Of a stretch of 64,000 nucleotides of DNA, positions 28,351-38,478 are shown piece by piece. The notes beneath the pieces were generated by a model. The model saw only the letters and a list, made by a program, of their open reading frames with translations, did no database searches and was not told the origin of the DNA. The stretch comes from Terriglobia bacterium (GTDB lineage: Bacteria > Acidobacteriota > Terriglobia > 20CM-2-55-15). The position numbers and the translations under genes were made by a program. Where the stretch lies: positions 960,001 through 1,024,000 of the forward strand of contig CBDAOY010000009.1 in assembly GCA_965198225.1 (NCBI GenBank), read 5' to 3'. Every line of letters begins with the position of its first letter. Positions within the stretch are counted from its first letter, which is position 1.

Positions 28351-29795
28351 CGGCGACACCGTCAACCAGACTTCCCGCATGGCCGGTGTCGGCAAACCGG
28401 ATCAGATCATCATCTCCCGTTCCATGATCGACGTTCTCAGCGAGAACGACAAGTTCATCTGTCGGTTTGTCGGGAAGGCTGATTTTCACGGCAAGACGGG
28501 CACCGTGGAGCTGTTCGAAATCCTCACCGAGAAGCCGGAACTCAAGGAGAAGCAGAAATCAAGGATTGTCTCCGAAAGCGTTCTCGCGGCAGAGGCGGAG
28601 ACGCCAAAGGGTCGGTTGATCGGCGATAAGTACTTCATCGAGAAGCTGATCGGTGAGGGCGCTTACGGTAAGGTTTTCAAGGCCCGCCATGCCGAGTCCA
28701 AGGACATCGTCGCGATCAAGATGCTTCCCGAAGACGCTTACTCGTTCTACAGCCGAGAGGCGCAAGTATTGCGCCAGTTGCAACCTTGCCCCTACATCAT
28801 GAGCATCATCGATGCGTTCGTCGACCAGGAGGGCCTCTGTATCGTCATGCCCTACATCGAGCACGGCAGCCTGCAGACCTACATGAACAAGCTGCACGGC
28901 GATCCACTCGAACCGGGACAGACGATTTCGCTCATGGAAGAGCTCCTGCTCGGCATCTCCCACGCCCATTCGCGGGACGTCATCCACCGGGACGTGAAAC
29001 CCCAGAACATCCTGCTGGGGAACGGAACAGATGGGATCCTGACCGATTTTGGTGTGGCCTATGCCATGGAATCCACCGGGCGAACGACGACGATGACAGC
29101 GGGAACTTCCGGGTATATCGCTCCCGAGGTCACCTCGGGAAGGTTCGACAGCTCGATCGACGTTTACTCCGCCGGCGTCGTCCTCTACAAGATGCTCGGC
29201 GGTGAGTTCCCGGTCGATATGCAGACCCTGCCTCCCTACACCCATCCGGATTTCGTCAAGATCATCGGCCGGTCCATCGCCGATCGCTCCAGGCGCTATT
29301 CGAAACCCGAAGATATGCTGGAGGATCTTCGCTCCATGGGCTCGAAGGTGCTCGGCTCGACGATTCAGTTCCATCGCGCAGTCCGGCGAAGAGCGGGTGC
29401 TGGTGGCCAGTGGGGACTCCAGCTGGGCCGTCCTGGAACCGGCACTGGCCGAGCGCAAGCTGAGCACCATGCGCTGCGGCCTCGACGACCTGCTCAAGCA
29501 GATACACTGGCACATTCCCGCCGTAACGGTTCTCGACTTCACGCTGCTCGCCATGTCGATGTCCAGCGTTCCCGACCAGGTTCACGCGTGCAGTGCGCTC
29601 GGCACGAAGGTCGTCGTCATCAACTGTGGGTCCATCGACGAGGCTTGGGGAATGCTCAAGGCCGGGGCCTCGGATTGTACGCCGTCGCTCGAGGCTCCGC
29701 AGGCGATCGAGGCGTTGACAATGTCCGTTGATACGCTCATCACACAGATACAGCTGGGTGGCGGAAAGTCCTGGTGGAAAAGGATTATCAGCTAG
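28350..29795 (+). pseudogene. Class III cyclase fragment - Ser/Thr kinase - receiver-like fusion; 5'-truncated and frameshifted near 29360
   Basis: GDTVNQTSR and GK.G.VELFEI (cyclase C-terminal half); GEGAYGKV, AIK, HRDVKPQN, TDFG, GT.GYIAPE, DVYSAG (kinase); receiver-like tail in a second frame. Confidence 0.8.
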
Positions 29796-29944
29796 CCTTG
29801 CCATAGCGAACCCCAACAGCCAGGTGCGTCTGAAGCGAGTTGCGTCGGACGGTCGTCCGATCGTGGAAGTCCCGGGGAAGGGAGGATCGAGGGCGGAAAG
29901 AGCCGGCCTCGATCCGACGATCGACGGCCGGCCCATTCTGAAGT

Positions 29945-30529
29945 TTACTGGATTCGAGTCACGATGTCGTCGCCGCCAACCGTGACAGACGCGCTTGTTG
30001 CCTGGGTGCGGTCTGTTTCCAGCGTGCTGTTCGGTCCAGCCGATATGACGTAGGCGTGATCCGACCGAGTGTTCTTGAGCGCGTGTGCAGTCACGAGGTA
30101 CGCATTGTTCCAGGGGTCGGACGCGATGTTCATATAAGGGCCCCGGTAGGCGACCCGGCCACCGCGCGCGCTTGTCGGGAGGGAGAGCTTGTTCGTATTC
30201 AGATATTCGTCCAGTCCGATCGTCGTCAGCGCGGAAAGGGTCCAGTCCACCCCTCCGGCATCGGCGACAAGGGTTCCGTCTCCAAACAGCACGTCACCCG
30301 CTGCGGTGTCCGCATTGGCGTTGGCGATGTTGGAAAAGATCGGAAACCTGGCCGTATCTCGTTTGTAGGCCAGAAGCGACGTCCTTATCGCGCGAGCATC
30401 CGCCGCGGCTCGCGTGACCCGCGCCTGGTCGATGTAGCCGACCACGAGCGGGGTCATGATAGCTGCAAGGATCGCGATCACCCCCAATACGACCGCCAGT
30501 TCGATGAGTGTAAAGCCCTTGGATTTCAT
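29945..30529 (-). CDS. GspG-type pilin
   Basis: MKSKG|FTLIEL, YRGPY, DPWNNAY, SAGPN, GGDDIVTRI. Confidence 0.9.
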   Translation of the reverse strand: MKSKGFTLIELAVVLGVIAILAAIMTPLVVGYIDQARVTRAAADARAIRTSLLAYKRDTARFPIFSNIANANADTAAGDVLFGDGTLVADAGGVDWTLSALTTIGLDEYLNTNKLSLPTSARGGRVAYRGPYMNIASDPWNNAYLVTAHALKNTRSDHAYVISAGPNSTLETDRTQATSASVTVGGDDIVTRIQ

Positions 30530-30582
30530 TGATTCATCCTCGTCCGGGTTCGTCGCGTTCCACACACTCGGAGAAAACGGTA

Positions 30583-30615
30583 GTTCCGGTCGCGACACCG
30601 TGTCGCGACCGGAAC
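30583..30615. terminator. 15-bp perfect hairpin between two pilin genes
   Basis: GTTCCGGTCGCGACA-CCG-TGTCGCGACCGGAAC. Confidence 0.6.
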
Positions 30616-30624
30616 ACCAGCCGC

Positions 30625-31206
30625 TTAATTGATCCGGACGACGATGTCGTCGTTAGCCACGGTGACCGTCGTCGTGGTCTGATCCCGAGTCGTGTCCAGG
30701 GTGCCATCCGCGCCGGCCGAGATGACGTAGGTGATGTTCGTGTCACTGTCAACGTTCGACGCGTTGACCAGAAACGCATTGCCCCACGGATCGTCGCCAA
30801 CGGTGTCCAGGTAAGGACCGCGGTATGCAATCCGGCCTCCACGGAAATTACCACTCGTGTTCAGACTGAGTTTGTTGGTGTTGATGAATTCAATGATGCT
30901 GGCAGACGCGCTCGTCGTCGTCGTCCAGCCGTTGCCCGTCGACGGGATATTAAGGGAGCTCCTGAAATCGACCTCGTCTTCAGTGCCGGCCCGCGCAAGG
31001 GTGAGGGTTTCGTAGACCGGATAAAAGCTCGTATCCCGCTTGTGCAACTGGTATGCCGTTGCGATAGCCCTGGCGTCGGTGGCGGCCCGGGTTACCCGCG
31101 CCTGGTCGATGTAGCTGGTCACCAGGGGTGTGAGCATCGCGGCCAGGACCGCTATTACGGCCAGAGTGACCGCCATTTCGATAAGAGTGAAACCTTTGGC
31201 TTTCAT
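30625..31206 (-). CDS. GspG-type pilin, candidate major subunit
   Basis: MKAKG|FTLIEM, YRGPY, DPWGNAF, SAGADG..DT, DDIVVRIN; strong AAGGGAG RBS. Confidence 0.9.
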   Translation of the reverse strand: MKAKGFTLIEMAVTLAVIAVLAAMLTPLVTSYIDQARVTRAATDARAIATAYQLHKRDTSFYPVYETLTLARAGTEDEVDFRSSLNIPSTGNGWTTTTSASASIIEFINTNKLSLNTSGNFRGGRIAYRGPYLDTVGDDPWGNAFLVNASNVDSDTNITYVISAGADGTLDTTRDQTTTTVTVANDDIVVRIN

Positions 31207-31271
31207 TGTCGTTCTCCCTTTACTTGTGAGTTGTAAATCTGTTCGTGAAATCATGTCCGATAGCTCGTAAA

Positions 31272-31955
31272 TTATTGAATCCTATATATGATATCGTCGC
31301 CGACGGCAGAGAACGAATCGTTCAACTGGTCGAAGCGTGTCTCGATCGTCCGGTTCGCTCCGGCCGAGAGTACTACGACCGCGACCCGGCCGCCTGTGGG
31401 TATTCCCAGGCTCTGCCGGACCAGATCGACACCCTGAGGAGTGAGAAACTGGACGTTGACCAGGTAGCGGTCTCCCCAGGGATCCTTGGACAGATTGCTC
31501 AGGTACGGCCCGTTCCAGCCCTTCTGCCGGTTGAACGAAATCTCTCCGACACGACGGTAACTCGGTCCGTTCTCGTCGGGTTCGTTCTCGATCAGGTGGT
31601 TCTCAAGCAAGTCGATTTCGTCGTCATCGGTCGGCCAGGAATTCGTATTGTCCGCGGCATCGTCGCCGTCTGATTCCAGGACGTGGAAAATGTCGTCGTT
31701 CTTGGAGGTTGCGAGTCCCGATTTGTAAGCGGGCGGGAATCCGGTGTCCTGCATGAAGTTGAGAGCGGCCCCGGCGATCAATTCCAGATCGGCAACAGCC
31801 CGGGCCCGTCTCGCGTCCTCCATGTTTCCGAGAAGTCTACCTGCGCCGGCGCTGGCGATAATGGCCACCACGGCGATGACCACCACAGTCTCCACCAGTG
31901 AGGTGGCAGTGCCGCGATTGTCATGGAATGTGTTTCGTAACTTCATCGGTTTCAT
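31272..31955 (-). CDS. GspG-type pilin with atypical leader (RGTA|TSLVE)
   Basis: GWNGPY, DPWGDRYLVN, SAGANRTIET, GDDIIYRIQ; paralogue of 16430-17197. Confidence 0.85.
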   Translation of the reverse strand: MKPMKLRNTFHDNRGTATSLVETVVVIAVVAIIASAGAGRLLGNMEDARRARAVADLELIAGAALNFMQDTGFPPAYKSGLATSKNDDIFHVLESDGDDAADNTNSWPTDDDEIDLLENHLIENEPDENGPSYRRVGEISFNRQKGWNGPYLSNLSKDPWGDRYLVNVQFLTPQGVDLVRQSLGIPTGGRVAVVVLSAGANRTIETRFDQLNDSFSAVGDDIIYRIQ

Positions 31956-31971
31956 GCCTCGCCGCCTTTGA

Positions 31972-31988
31972 AGCAATTGGTGTACCAA
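31972..31988 (-). promoter_or_regulatory. Sigma-54 (-24/-12) promoter
   Basis: TTGGTAC-ACCAA-TTGCT, near consensus, just upstream of the pilin array and downstream of the activator gene. Confidence 0.8.
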
Positions 31989-32188
31989 CTTTAACGTGTT
32001 GAAATTACGAGCATTACGCAATAAGCATTCTACGATAATTGTTGACTTGACGAGCTGAGGGCTACACATTTTGTGGGAATCTGCGACATTTGCCTGAAAG
32101 AGGAGCGGTGAGGACACCGGCTGTAACAGGGTGGCGAGCGGGTCGGGCGCAACAAAATTATCTATTTCATTGGCCTAAGGACGGTGGG

Positions 32189-33585
32189 TCAGGACTCGCT
32201 GTCTTCTGAAGAAGCTTCTTCGGCGACCTTGATTTCGTACTTTTTCACCTTGTACCAGAGCACCCGTTCGGTGATGCCAAGCATCTTTGCTGCCTTCCGC
32301 TGGACGCCGTCGCATCGCTCGAGCGCATCGAGGATCAACTGGCGCTCCACATTCCTAACAGTTTCGTTCAGGTTTTGAGTCGCGGTGGGAATGGTCGCCG
32401 GCGCCTTGTCGTCGACCTGCCTGCTGATGTGGGGAGGCAAGAACTTCGAAGTGAGGACTTCACCGTCGGCGATGAGGACCGATCGCTCGACGGTGTTCTT
32501 CAACTCCCGGACGTTTCCCGGCCACCGGTACTCGATCAGGCGGTTCATCGCGTCGGACGATATGGACTGGACCGTTCGTCCGAAATTACGGTTCGCGTCC
32601 GCCAGGAAATGATCGGCCAGGATCGGGATGTCTTCGATCCGCTCGCGCAGTGCCGGCATGTGCAGGGAGAAGAGATTCAGGCGGTGGAACAGGTCTTCAC
32701 GGAAGGCGTGCTCCGTGACGGCCTGGCTGAGGTCCTTGTTCGTTGCCGCGATCACGCGCACGTCGATCGAGATGGGTTTGGTCCCGCCAAGGCGCTCGAA
32801 CTCCATCTCCTGCAGGATGCGCAGGATTTTCGCCTGTGCCTGAAGGTTCATGTCGCCGATCTCATCGAGGAAGATCCCTTGTCGGCCATTTCGAACTTCC
32901 CGATCTTTCGCTCGGTCGCGCCGGTGAAAGCTCCCTTTTCGAAACCGAAGAGTTCGCTCTCGAGCAGTCCTTCGGGAATGCCGGCGCAATTCAGTTTGAC
33001 CATCGCCTGATCAGTCCGCGGACTGTTCTGGTGTATCGCCCGTGCGATCAGTTCCTTTCCGGTACCCGTTTCGCCCCAGATCAAGACCGTCGCGGTCGTG
33101 TCGGCGACACGGCTGATCAATCTCAGAATCTCCTGGATCGCACCGCTCTTGCCAATGATGTTCTGAACTTGAAACGTCTCGCTGAGCTGTTCTCTGAGGA
33201 TCCGGAGATCGCGTTCCAGTTGTCGGCGCTCCAGAGACCGTTTCACCACGATCTCCATCTCTTCCATTTTGTACGGTTTGACGAAATAGTCGTACGCGCC
33301 CCGCTTGATCGCTTCGATCGCCATTTCTTTGGAGCTGAGCGCCGTGATCATCAGGATCACGATGGAAGGATCGATTTCCTTGAATTTCGAGATCGCGTCG
33401 ATTCCGCTGATTCCGGGAAGCTGGATGTCGAGCAGGATCAGGTCAGATGGCTGCTGCTTGATCTTCTTGAGCCCGGTTTCGGCGTCGCCAGCTTGATCGA
33501 CCGCGTAACCCCGTTTCACGAGCGCTTCCCGGAGAACGAACCGTGAGACTTCTTCGTCGTCGACGATGAGGACGGATTCTTTCAT
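32189..33585 (-). pseudogene. Sigma-54-dependent response regulator (NtrC/PilR-like), frameshifted near 32875
   Basis: Receiver domain, GETGTGKE, ESELFG, GAFTGA, FLDEIGDM, FREDLFHRL, WPGNVREL, C-terminal HTH. Confidence 0.9.
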
Positions 33586-33635
33586 AGTTCACTGGGGTAT
33601 GAGTGTGGCATCGTCAAGTATTGAATAACGCGTGA

Positions 33636-35109
33636 TCAGGAAGCAGTGGCATCCACTCGATCGGCCAGCTCGCCTGTACCCGCGTCGGCGGGCAGGAGGA
33701 CTCGAAACAGCGTGCCGCTGGACGGATCGCTCTCGACGTGGATGGCGCCTTCATGGGCTTCGATGAGTTGCTTCGCAATCGCCAGACCCAGTCCAGTCCC
33801 TTCCTTTTTGGTCGTAAAGAACGGAACGAACAGTTTTTCGATGATTTCCGGTGGGATGTAGGAGCCCTGGTTGTGAAACTCCACCATCACGGTTGTCTGA
33901 TTCAGTCGGTCCGGGTTGAGGAAATGGACGGGACAGATCCGCACCGTAATCGTCCCCTCTTCGGGCGTGGCCTCGCAGGCATTCTTGAAGATGCCCGTAA
34001 ACACCTCGATCAGCTTGTCTCGATCACCCCAGATTGCGTCACCGACTCTCGGGATACTCTTCCGATAGCTTCAGATTCCGTTCGTTGAGCGCATTTCTCG
34101 AGTACGCGACGGCTTCGCGAACGATCGTGACCGGGTCTTCCAGGTTCGAAGTATTCACCTGGACGGAAGCGTAGGACAGGATATCTTCGACCATGGAGTT
34201 CAGCCGCTCGATGGAGGCGACGATGGTCTTCAGATATTCCTGTTGCGGGGCTTCTTCTGGCAGGTCCTCCGCCGTCAGTTCGGCCAGGCTCCGGATGTAA
34301 CCCAGGGGCGTCCGGACTTCGTGAGCCATCCCGCTGATCGTGCCGCCCAGTGAAGCCAGGACGTCAATTTTGCGCAACTGATCCTTCACGCGGCTGAACT
34401 CTTCGATGTCCCGGATGATGATCACGACGCCTATCGTTTCGTTTCCGCTGCCGGTCGCCGGCGATGCCGTGGCGCGCACGTAGACATCCCGGCCGGTACG
34501 GGTCGAAATGATGATGTCCCGCGTTTGGAAAGTGCCGTTGCCGAGCGCAGCGTCGATGAGACGCAGGACCTGGAAGTTCCGGGCCGGACCCGGGAACAGG
34601 TCCGTGTAGCTCTTCCCCAGGTAATCCTCACGTCTGATTTCGAGAAGCCCTTCGACCGGCGCGTTCAGGAATGCGACCGTCTTATCGGCGTTCAGACTGA
34701 TGATCCCCTCGGTCATCTGCATGAACAGGTCTGCCGACCGCAGGTAGCCCTTCAGAGGGACGAACGTCTGGTTGTACAGGGTCGCCAGAGAGGTAATTTC
34801 GTCGTCTGCGGTCTGGATCTCGCCCGATTCACTGGCCGGTCGGAGTTCGCGCATACCCCCGATCATCTGCTCCACTGGCTCCAGAATGTATCGCGCGATC
34901 GCCAGGGCGGTTCCGGCCGCGACGAAGGCAATGACGAGGGCCACCACCTTGAGGTTGGTCAGGAGAGGCTTCAGATCGATAGGCCTTTCGTAACGCCCCA
35001 GGGTCGACTCGATCATCCCAAGGGGGAGAAACCCGGCGGCGAGAGTAAAACAGATCACCACAAGTGGTATGCCGAGCATCAGACGGAAACGATACCTGGA
35101 TTTGGTCAT
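33636..35109 (-). pseudogene. PAS sensor histidine kinase, frameshifted near 34045
   Basis: Two TM helices, PAS, MAHEVRTPL H-box; downstream frame KNACEA, PFFTTK..GTGLGL. Confidence 0.9.
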
Positions 35110-35194
35110 GACTCGTCGGTCGTGAATGAATCGCGATGTGATTGAGAGATCTCTGGCTTTTCCGGAAAACTGGTGGATCTTATTGCAAATCGAC

Positions 35195-35325
35195 GGCCGC
35201 GGATTACGCGTATGAGACAGCCACGGATTACACAGATTACACGGACAGGAAGGTCATGGGGCTGTGGTCCGACGAGACCATTCCTAATTCGGTAAATCCG
35301 CTCAATCCGTGGCTGCATCCGTCAA
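35195..35325. repeat. Imperfect inverted array of ACGGATTAC-type repeats
   Basis: CCACGGATTACACAGATTACACGGA ... AATCCGCTCAATCCGTGGCTG. Confidence 0.55.
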
Positions 35326-35490
35326 TCTTCGATGGTTTTTCAGAAACCGGAACTCCCAAATCTCTTAATGACCTCACAGTTTGCAGTGCCGAGGGCTTTT
35401 CTCGCAAGTCCTTCGTGCGTTTAGTAATTCACAAGCTGAAAGCTGAGGCTGATCGGCTTCCCCCAGTTTTAGACACTTGGGAAGCTCCTG

Positions 35491-36093
35491 TCAGTTGAGG
35501 AGAATGGTAACGACTCCACCGGCACAGAGCCAGGGCCCGAGTGCCCGAGGGCGGGCCGGTAACCCGGCGGCTTTCATAATCAGTGCACCGGCAACCCCGA
35601 ACACCCCGGTCAGGATAAGCGTAGTGATCATTCCCGGCCAGCCGATGAACGTTCCGATCATCGCCGCGAGTTTCCAGTCACCGCCGCCCACTTCTTTCCC
35701 TCGCGCGGCTTCCACCACGGTCGTGGCGATCAGAACTCCCCCCCCGAACAGAAGACCGCCGATGGAGTACACGATACCAAGCGGCAGCAGCGTGCCGGCG
35801 GCAGCCAGGCCCGACAGAGCGCCTGGAATCGTGACGATCAAGGGGATCTCTTGCTTCCGGTGATCGAACAGGGCGACTCCCACCAGAACCATCGTGAAGA
35901 TGCCGTAGACCGCTAGAAGGGCAGAGGGCCCGAACTTGCTGCCCAGGATGGCAAGCAGAAGGGCCGAGGTGACAATCGTCAAGGCTCTCTCTAAACGGTG
36001 TTTCCCCCGGCTCCTTCGATCGACGATCCTGTAGACGATCCAGCCCGAGAGACTGCCGAGGGGTAGCAGGATCGCCAGAAGTTGAGCGCTCAA
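35491..36093 (-). CDS. Prepilin peptidase (A24A), short form
   Basis: FDHRKQEIP and GGGDWKLAAMIG catalytic Asp motifs, LGPWL..G C-terminus; no N-terminal CxxC motifs. Confidence 0.85.
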   Translation of the reverse strand: MSAQLLAILLPLGSLSGWIVYRIVDRRSRGKHRLERALTIVTSALLLAILGSKFGPSALLAVYGIFTMVLVGVALFDHRKQEIPLIVTIPGALSGLAAAGTLLPLGIVYSIGGLLFGGGVLIATTVVEAARGKEVGGGDWKLAAMIGTFIGWPGMITTLILTGVFGVAGALIMKAAGLPARPRALGPWLCAGGVVTILLN

Positions 36094-37376
36094 GGCCCAG
36101 GCGGGGACAGGGCCCGGATCTTCTCTTCGACCTGATCCACCAGTTGCGGGTAGCGGTCCGAACCCAGGGAAAGAAATTCCGTAAAGTGTTCGACGGCACT
36201 GCCGTTTTCGCCCTGCTCTTCATACAACAGTGCCAGGTTGTAGTGAGTGTCGGCGCTCGAGGGATCGATCTGGAGCGCGCGGAGGTATTGAAACTTCGCT
36301 TCTTCGAGCTTCCCGTCGTTGCGGTAGAGGATCGCCAGGTTTGTCATCGCCGCGGCGTTTGTGGGGTTCAGATCCAGGGCCCTCTGAAACTCTCGTTCCG
36401 CCTCCGAGTCCTGGCCATCGTTCACCAGTGCCGTTCCCAGGTTGTTATGCGCTTTGTCATAATCCGAGTCGATGCGGATGGCCCGTCGGAATGCTTCGAT
36501 CGCCTGGCTGTTATCGGATAAGGCCATGTGCATCAATCCGACATTATTGTGGACCTGGGCGTTGAAGTAGTCCTGTTCCAGAACCTCGTCGTAGAGCTCG
36601 AAAGCTTTAAGATACTCACCCATCTGCTGGTAGCGCACGGCCAGCTCGAACGGGTCAGCCTCGGGGGGACTGATAATGACTTCGCTTGCCGACGCGGCGA
36701 CTTCGCTTGCCGACGCGCCCGTTGCGGGCTCCGGTGGATCAACGGCATTTCCAGAATCGGGACTCTCGTCCTCGCTGTTTTGCTCGGGTGGCGGCTCAGG
36801 TTCTTCAGGAGCGTTCGTGGCAAGATCTTCCTGTTGCGCAACCGGGAGCACCATACGACGGTCCTCCGTTGGTTCGGGTTCCGGTGTGTCCGTCTCGGTC
36901 GGAAGCGGTCCGGGGATGCCCGACGGCAACGGAGCGTCAAACGCTGCTTCGGCGCCGCCGGCTTCCTCTTGCCCACCGGGTCCGTCTGCCGGTTCACTCG
37001 TGGCGGCATCGGCAGTCAAGGGATCGTCCTCCAGGTACCCCTCCGCCGGCATTGCCGGCAATTCTTCACCTTCTGGTGCTGCTTCCTCTATTTCGTCCCC
37101 CAGCGGGAGGAACTCTCCGTCGGGCTCGAGAAGTTGGGCCTGCTCCGCCATGGGCGATTCCGCGGCCATGCTGATCCAGTACATCACTCCTGCCGCGATG
37201 ACGGAACCGAGAATCACGACCGGAAGGACGTAGGAAATCAGGATCTTTCTTGTCTTGTTCTGAGGAGCCTGCTGGTCGGCGAAGCCGAAGCTCTTGAGGT
37301 AGGCGGGGGCACGCTGGGGTGCCGAACCCGTTGCCAGGTTCTTGGCCTTTCGGAGCGTGTCGAGGATGAGGCTCAT
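36090..37376 (-). CDS. Bitopic TPR protein (MshN-like)
   Basis: MSLILDTLRKA N-terminus, one TM helix, acidic Pro-rich linker, about five TPRs (HNNVG, HNNLG, TNLA, HYNLA). Confidence 0.8.
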   Translation of the reverse strand: MSLILDTLRKAKNLATGSAPQRAPAYLKSFGFADQQAPQNKTRKILISYVLPVVILGSVIAAGVMYWISMAAESPMAEQAQLLEPDGEFLPLGDEIEEAAPEGEELPAMPAEGYLEDDPLTADAATSEPADGPGGQEEAGGAEAAFDAPLPSGIPGPLPTETDTPEPEPTEDRRMVLPVAQQEDLATNAPEEPEPPPEQNSEDESPDSGNAVDPPEPATGASASEVAASASEVIISPPEADPFELAVRYQQMGEYLKAFELYDEVLEQDYFNAQVHNNVGLMHMALSDNSQAIEAFRRAIRIDSDYDKAHNNLGTALVNDGQDSEAEREFQRALDLNPTNAAAMTNLAILYRNDGKLEEAKFQYLRALQIDPSSADTHYNLALLYEEQGENGSAVEHFTEFLSLGSDRYPQLVDQVEEKIRALSPPGP

Positions 37377-37460
37377 TTTAGCTTTCAGCTCTCAGCTTTC
37401 GGCGGTCAGCTTTCAGCTCCCCTTGGACAGACTTGAGCTGATCGCTGAACACTGACCGCT
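37377..37460. repeat. Heptamer (AGCTTTC-like) tandem and inverted repeats
   Basis: AGCTTTCAGCTCTCAGCTTTCGGCGGTCAGCTTTCAGC ... GCTGATCGCTGAACACTGACCGCT. Confidence 0.6.
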
Positions 37461-37462
37461 TC

Positions 37463-38427
37463 CTAGGTTCCCGCAAAACCATTAATCATCACGATGAGCG
37501 CCATGGCAAGAAGAATGGACAGGCCCAGCACGACGGCCGCCCGCCTCGTTGCCGCGGCAGCTTTCATCCGTCCCCACCGACCAGAGCCTCGGGCCGGTTT
37601 CTTCAGCTGCAGGTTGTCGATCGCCTGACGTGTCACTCCCGAATCCAGCGTTGCTGCGCCCAACGCCATTCCAGCCAGCAGCGATCGGTCTGCGATGAGG
37701 TTGATCAACCGGGGGATCCCGCCGGAATAGTCGTAGATCTGTTTGGTGCCGTCCGGTGCGAACGAGACGCTCGACGGGGTCGCTCCGGCGATGGCGAGCC
37801 GATGCCGGAGATAGTCTCCGATTTCGGTTTCCGACAACTCCGACAGCTCGCACTTGATCGAAACACGTTGGAAGAGCTGGCGCAGCGTCGGCTGCGACAA
37901 CACGTCGATGAGATTGAGCTGGCCCACGAGGACTATCTGCAGCAGCTTTTCCTTGTTGGTCTCCAGGTTCGAAAGTATCCGGATCTGCTCGAGAGTTGCC
38001 ATTGGTATGTTCTGGGCCTCGTCGATGAGGACAACGGCCCGTCCCCCGGACTCCAGTGTCTTCAGCAGGAAATCGTTCAACGCGTTGATCAGATCCTGTT
38101 TGTCAGGCTCGATCGGTCGCCTTTCCTACCCGGAAGCCGGACATCGAAATCCTCGAGGATCGCCTTGATGAGGTCGGTTTCGGACAGGAACGGGTTCAGC
38201 AGCAGGGCGGTGTGAACGTGCTCGTCGATCGCTCCGAGGACCGTGCGGCACAGGGTTGTCTTGCCCGTACCGATATCACCGTAGACGAGCATGAAGCCTT
38301 CCCGGCGCTCAATCCCGTACTGCAACAGCTCGAAGGCTCGCGTGTGGCCGGCACTCCTGTAGAAATACTTGGGATCAGGAGTCAGGCTGAACGGGGGCTC
38401 GATCAGTCCGTAGTGTTGTTCGTACAT
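37463..38427 (-). pseudogene. ExeA/GspA/MshM-like AAA ATPase, 1-nt frameshift near 38100
   Basis: MYEQHYGL...PFSLTPDP, GDIGTGKTT, IDEAQN, SNLET..EKLLQIVLVGQ, SGGIPRLINL. Confidence 0.9.
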
Positions 38428-38478
38428 AAACGCCTCGATACGGTTGCCCTGAAAAACGGGGCATTCCGGATCCCGCCG

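Noticed and set aside
34039-34041. TGA in the kinase as selenocysteine or readthrough
   Set aside because: The downstream HATPase domain is in a different frame, so this is a frameshift rather than an in-frame stop.
36678-36716. 21-bp tandem repeat in the TPR gene
   Set aside because: In-frame duplication in a disordered linker (ASASEV x2); unremarkable.
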